This document shows, piece by piece, positions 62,801 through 64,000 of a DNA stretch of 64,000 nt (position 1 is the first letter of the stretch; each line of letters starts with the position of its first letter). Both the position numbers and the translations under genes were made by a program. The notes under the pieces are model-generated. The model made no database searches and was not told where the DNA came from. It saw only the letters and a program-made list of their open reading frames with translations. Source of the stretch: Leptogorgia sarmentosa (Eukaryota); assembly GCA_964658305.1 (NCBI GenBank), contig OZ210885.1, positions 11,842,001 to 11,906,000 on the forward strand, given 5' to 3'.

Positions 62801-62976
62801 ACTTCCTTCCTTGTCTCCAGAGATAATATTCTTTTTATCATCGCTCAAAGCGACACTGGTAATATCGGATTCATGACCCTTAAGAGTACGAATTTCTTGA
62901 TAAGTTTTTAAATCCCAAATTTTTATTGTCCCATCGTCTGAACCAGACACGAGCATTGGATTGTTTTTTCCTGAAT
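44886..62976 (-). CDS. Multi-exon WD40-repeat protein, 3' part (NACHT-WD40/NWD/TEP1-like C-terminus); the gene probably continues beyond the window
   Basis: Phase-compatible GT-AG exons 62733-62976, 61694-61932, 59816-59913, 55732-56140, 52200-52804, 48892-49135 and 44886-45190. WD motifs include SGSDDGTIKIWD and TASWDGSIRVWN. The C-terminus is VCVGLEGGRVCFLRL. Confidence 0.88.
46838..47444. mobile_element. Fold-back element (~250-bp imperfect inverted arms)
   Basis: CGCCCGCCTGAAAATCACT.. / ..AGTGATTCTCAGGCGGGCG, with continuous arm complementarity. Confidence 0.75.
50066..50827. mobile_element. Tc1/mariner-type palindromic MITE (762 bp)
   Basis: TA-CAGGGTGTAT...ATACACCCTG-TA, with near-perfect ~335-bp arms. 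A fragment of the same family lies at ~28733-28929. Confidence 0.92.
54244..54975 (-). mobile_element. CAACCTCGT-terminus element with a ZAD-like zinc-finger ORF fragment
   Basis: CAACCTCGTACCCAGG end, inverted CTGGTCACGTGACTC motifs, and ORF CRLC...LPSQVCR. Confidence 0.55.
55248..55430. mobile_element. hAT-type palindromic MITE
   Basis: CAGGGCCGTCGCTA / TAGCGGCGGCCCTG with a perfect 8-bp TSD AGTTTTGG. Confidence 0.9.
57914..58485. mobile_element. MITE with a 9-bp TSD
   Basis: TIR CAGCCTCGTCCCCGG..(~55 bp). TSD GCACAGAAA at 57905-57913 and 58486-58494. Confidence 0.88.
59154..59493. mobile_element. hAT-type MITE
   Basis: CAGTCCCGCCGAGAGG / CCTCTTGGCGGCCCTG, TSD TAGGTCTG / AAGGTCTG (7/8 match). 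Confidence 0.75.
60697..60983. mobile_element. Palindromic MITE nested within an older inverted repeat (arms 60468-60563 and 61260-61355)
   Basis: GGAGATCGCT.GATGGTATACT.. arms of ~130 bp, with a CCCTAACC / GGTTAGGG core. Confidence 0.8.
62161..62240 (-). mobile_element. 3' tail of an L2/CR1-type retroposon
   Basis: The minus strand reads stem-loop ...CTGACGGGACTACCC, then AATAAA, then an (ATCT)n tail. Confidence 0.55.
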
Positions 62977-64000
62977 CTAAAAGAGAAACTTCGCACTTTA
63001 GTCGAACTGGCACAAAAAAACAAGGGAAAGCAAAGTACATGATATCCTAAATATATTCAATAACTCGATCGCTGACAGGAGAAATTTTTATATATGCATT
63101 CTGCATGTCCAGGCAATGGATTCTACAGTAGTAGAATACCGAAAGTTTATTTTGTTGGTACCGTTAGGATATTGAAGAGAAATTGACGCAAAAAGAAATT
63201 CCAATGTGTCAGGATAAATTTGAAATACTCAAAATATGGGCGAACCGTCTGGCAAGTACAATAGTCATGATCACGAATGAATTGTGCAAAGTAACATTAT
63301 TCTTCCAGTTAGTTTTGCATAAGCATAATGTTAAAGCTCATTACGACCGCGAGGAGGTTATGTATAATCATCCTGGTTTGTTTGTGAAATATCGAACATC
63401 TTGCACAATTGTTTGCCATTACACAAGGAAGAGATGATTACATTTTGGTTCAATTCGGCTGAGAATCAAGCAAAACATTTATGAAAAAAAACTTTCGTTC
63501 CTTTATTTTTAATGCGTAATGAAGTTAATTGATATTCTGGATGTGTTGTGTGAATTAGTATATTTACGGTACCAAATTTGGGTGAAAATTTATTAAGCCC
63601 CCACCATCTACTTGCCGCCTGAAAGCAGGAAAACAGAAATATCCCCCAATATCTCACAACAATTATAAAACAGGTCAAACTATATAAATTTTGTCTGTTG
63701 GAAGAAGAGGGTCTGAAGTCAAGATGGACAAGATAAGTCAAACGACACCTGGCTATATGTATATCTTGGCAATGGACAGTATATCTAAAACAATATTACT
63801 TTACAAACAACATTCATGTTGGCTTCGATCCATTTGTTACTTTATCTATATAATTTCATAAGTTAAAAACAAATGGTATAAAATGCTGTCATATTCTGTT
63901 GTATTGAATTCTATTATATATTGTAGTTCAATTTGATACATGTGCATTAATTAGATACATGTGAAACGGCTAGAATTGTTCTTGGTTGATGTATCCCTAT

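Overview
AT-rich eukaryotic DNA from an invertebrate animal. A cnidarian is plausible, but that is inferred only from repeat and gene style. The first ~44 kb is a dense graveyard of transposons and tRNA genes. It holds the 3' end of a BEL/Pao LTR retrotransposon (integrase, PPT, 3' LTR) and remnants of DUF7869-type, Mutator, MULE-SWIM, Harbinger, Tc1/IS630, CACTA-like, Kolobok, tyrosine-recombinase and LINE elements. It also holds many MITEs with readable TIRs/TSDs, two clusters of mostly degenerate tRNA genes (9.7-10.0 kb and 34.1-39.7 kb), and a 5'-truncated, internally duplicated Hook-like gene (11.5-19.4 kb). The last ~20 kb carries the 3' part of an apparently intact, minus-strand WD40-repeat gene (7 phase-compatible exons) whose introns are full of fold-back MITEs. 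I see no convincing new multi-gene system. The most notable observations are a Tc1-like transposase with D30E spacing, a 2.1-kb TIR element inserted exactly at a tRNA-Val 3' end, a tRNA-Thr whose 12-nt duplication mimics a canonical intron, a Trp-derived tRNA with a UCA anticodon, and TSD-less hairpin elements with GNA-triloop apices. Family names come from motif recognition by eye, not from database searches.
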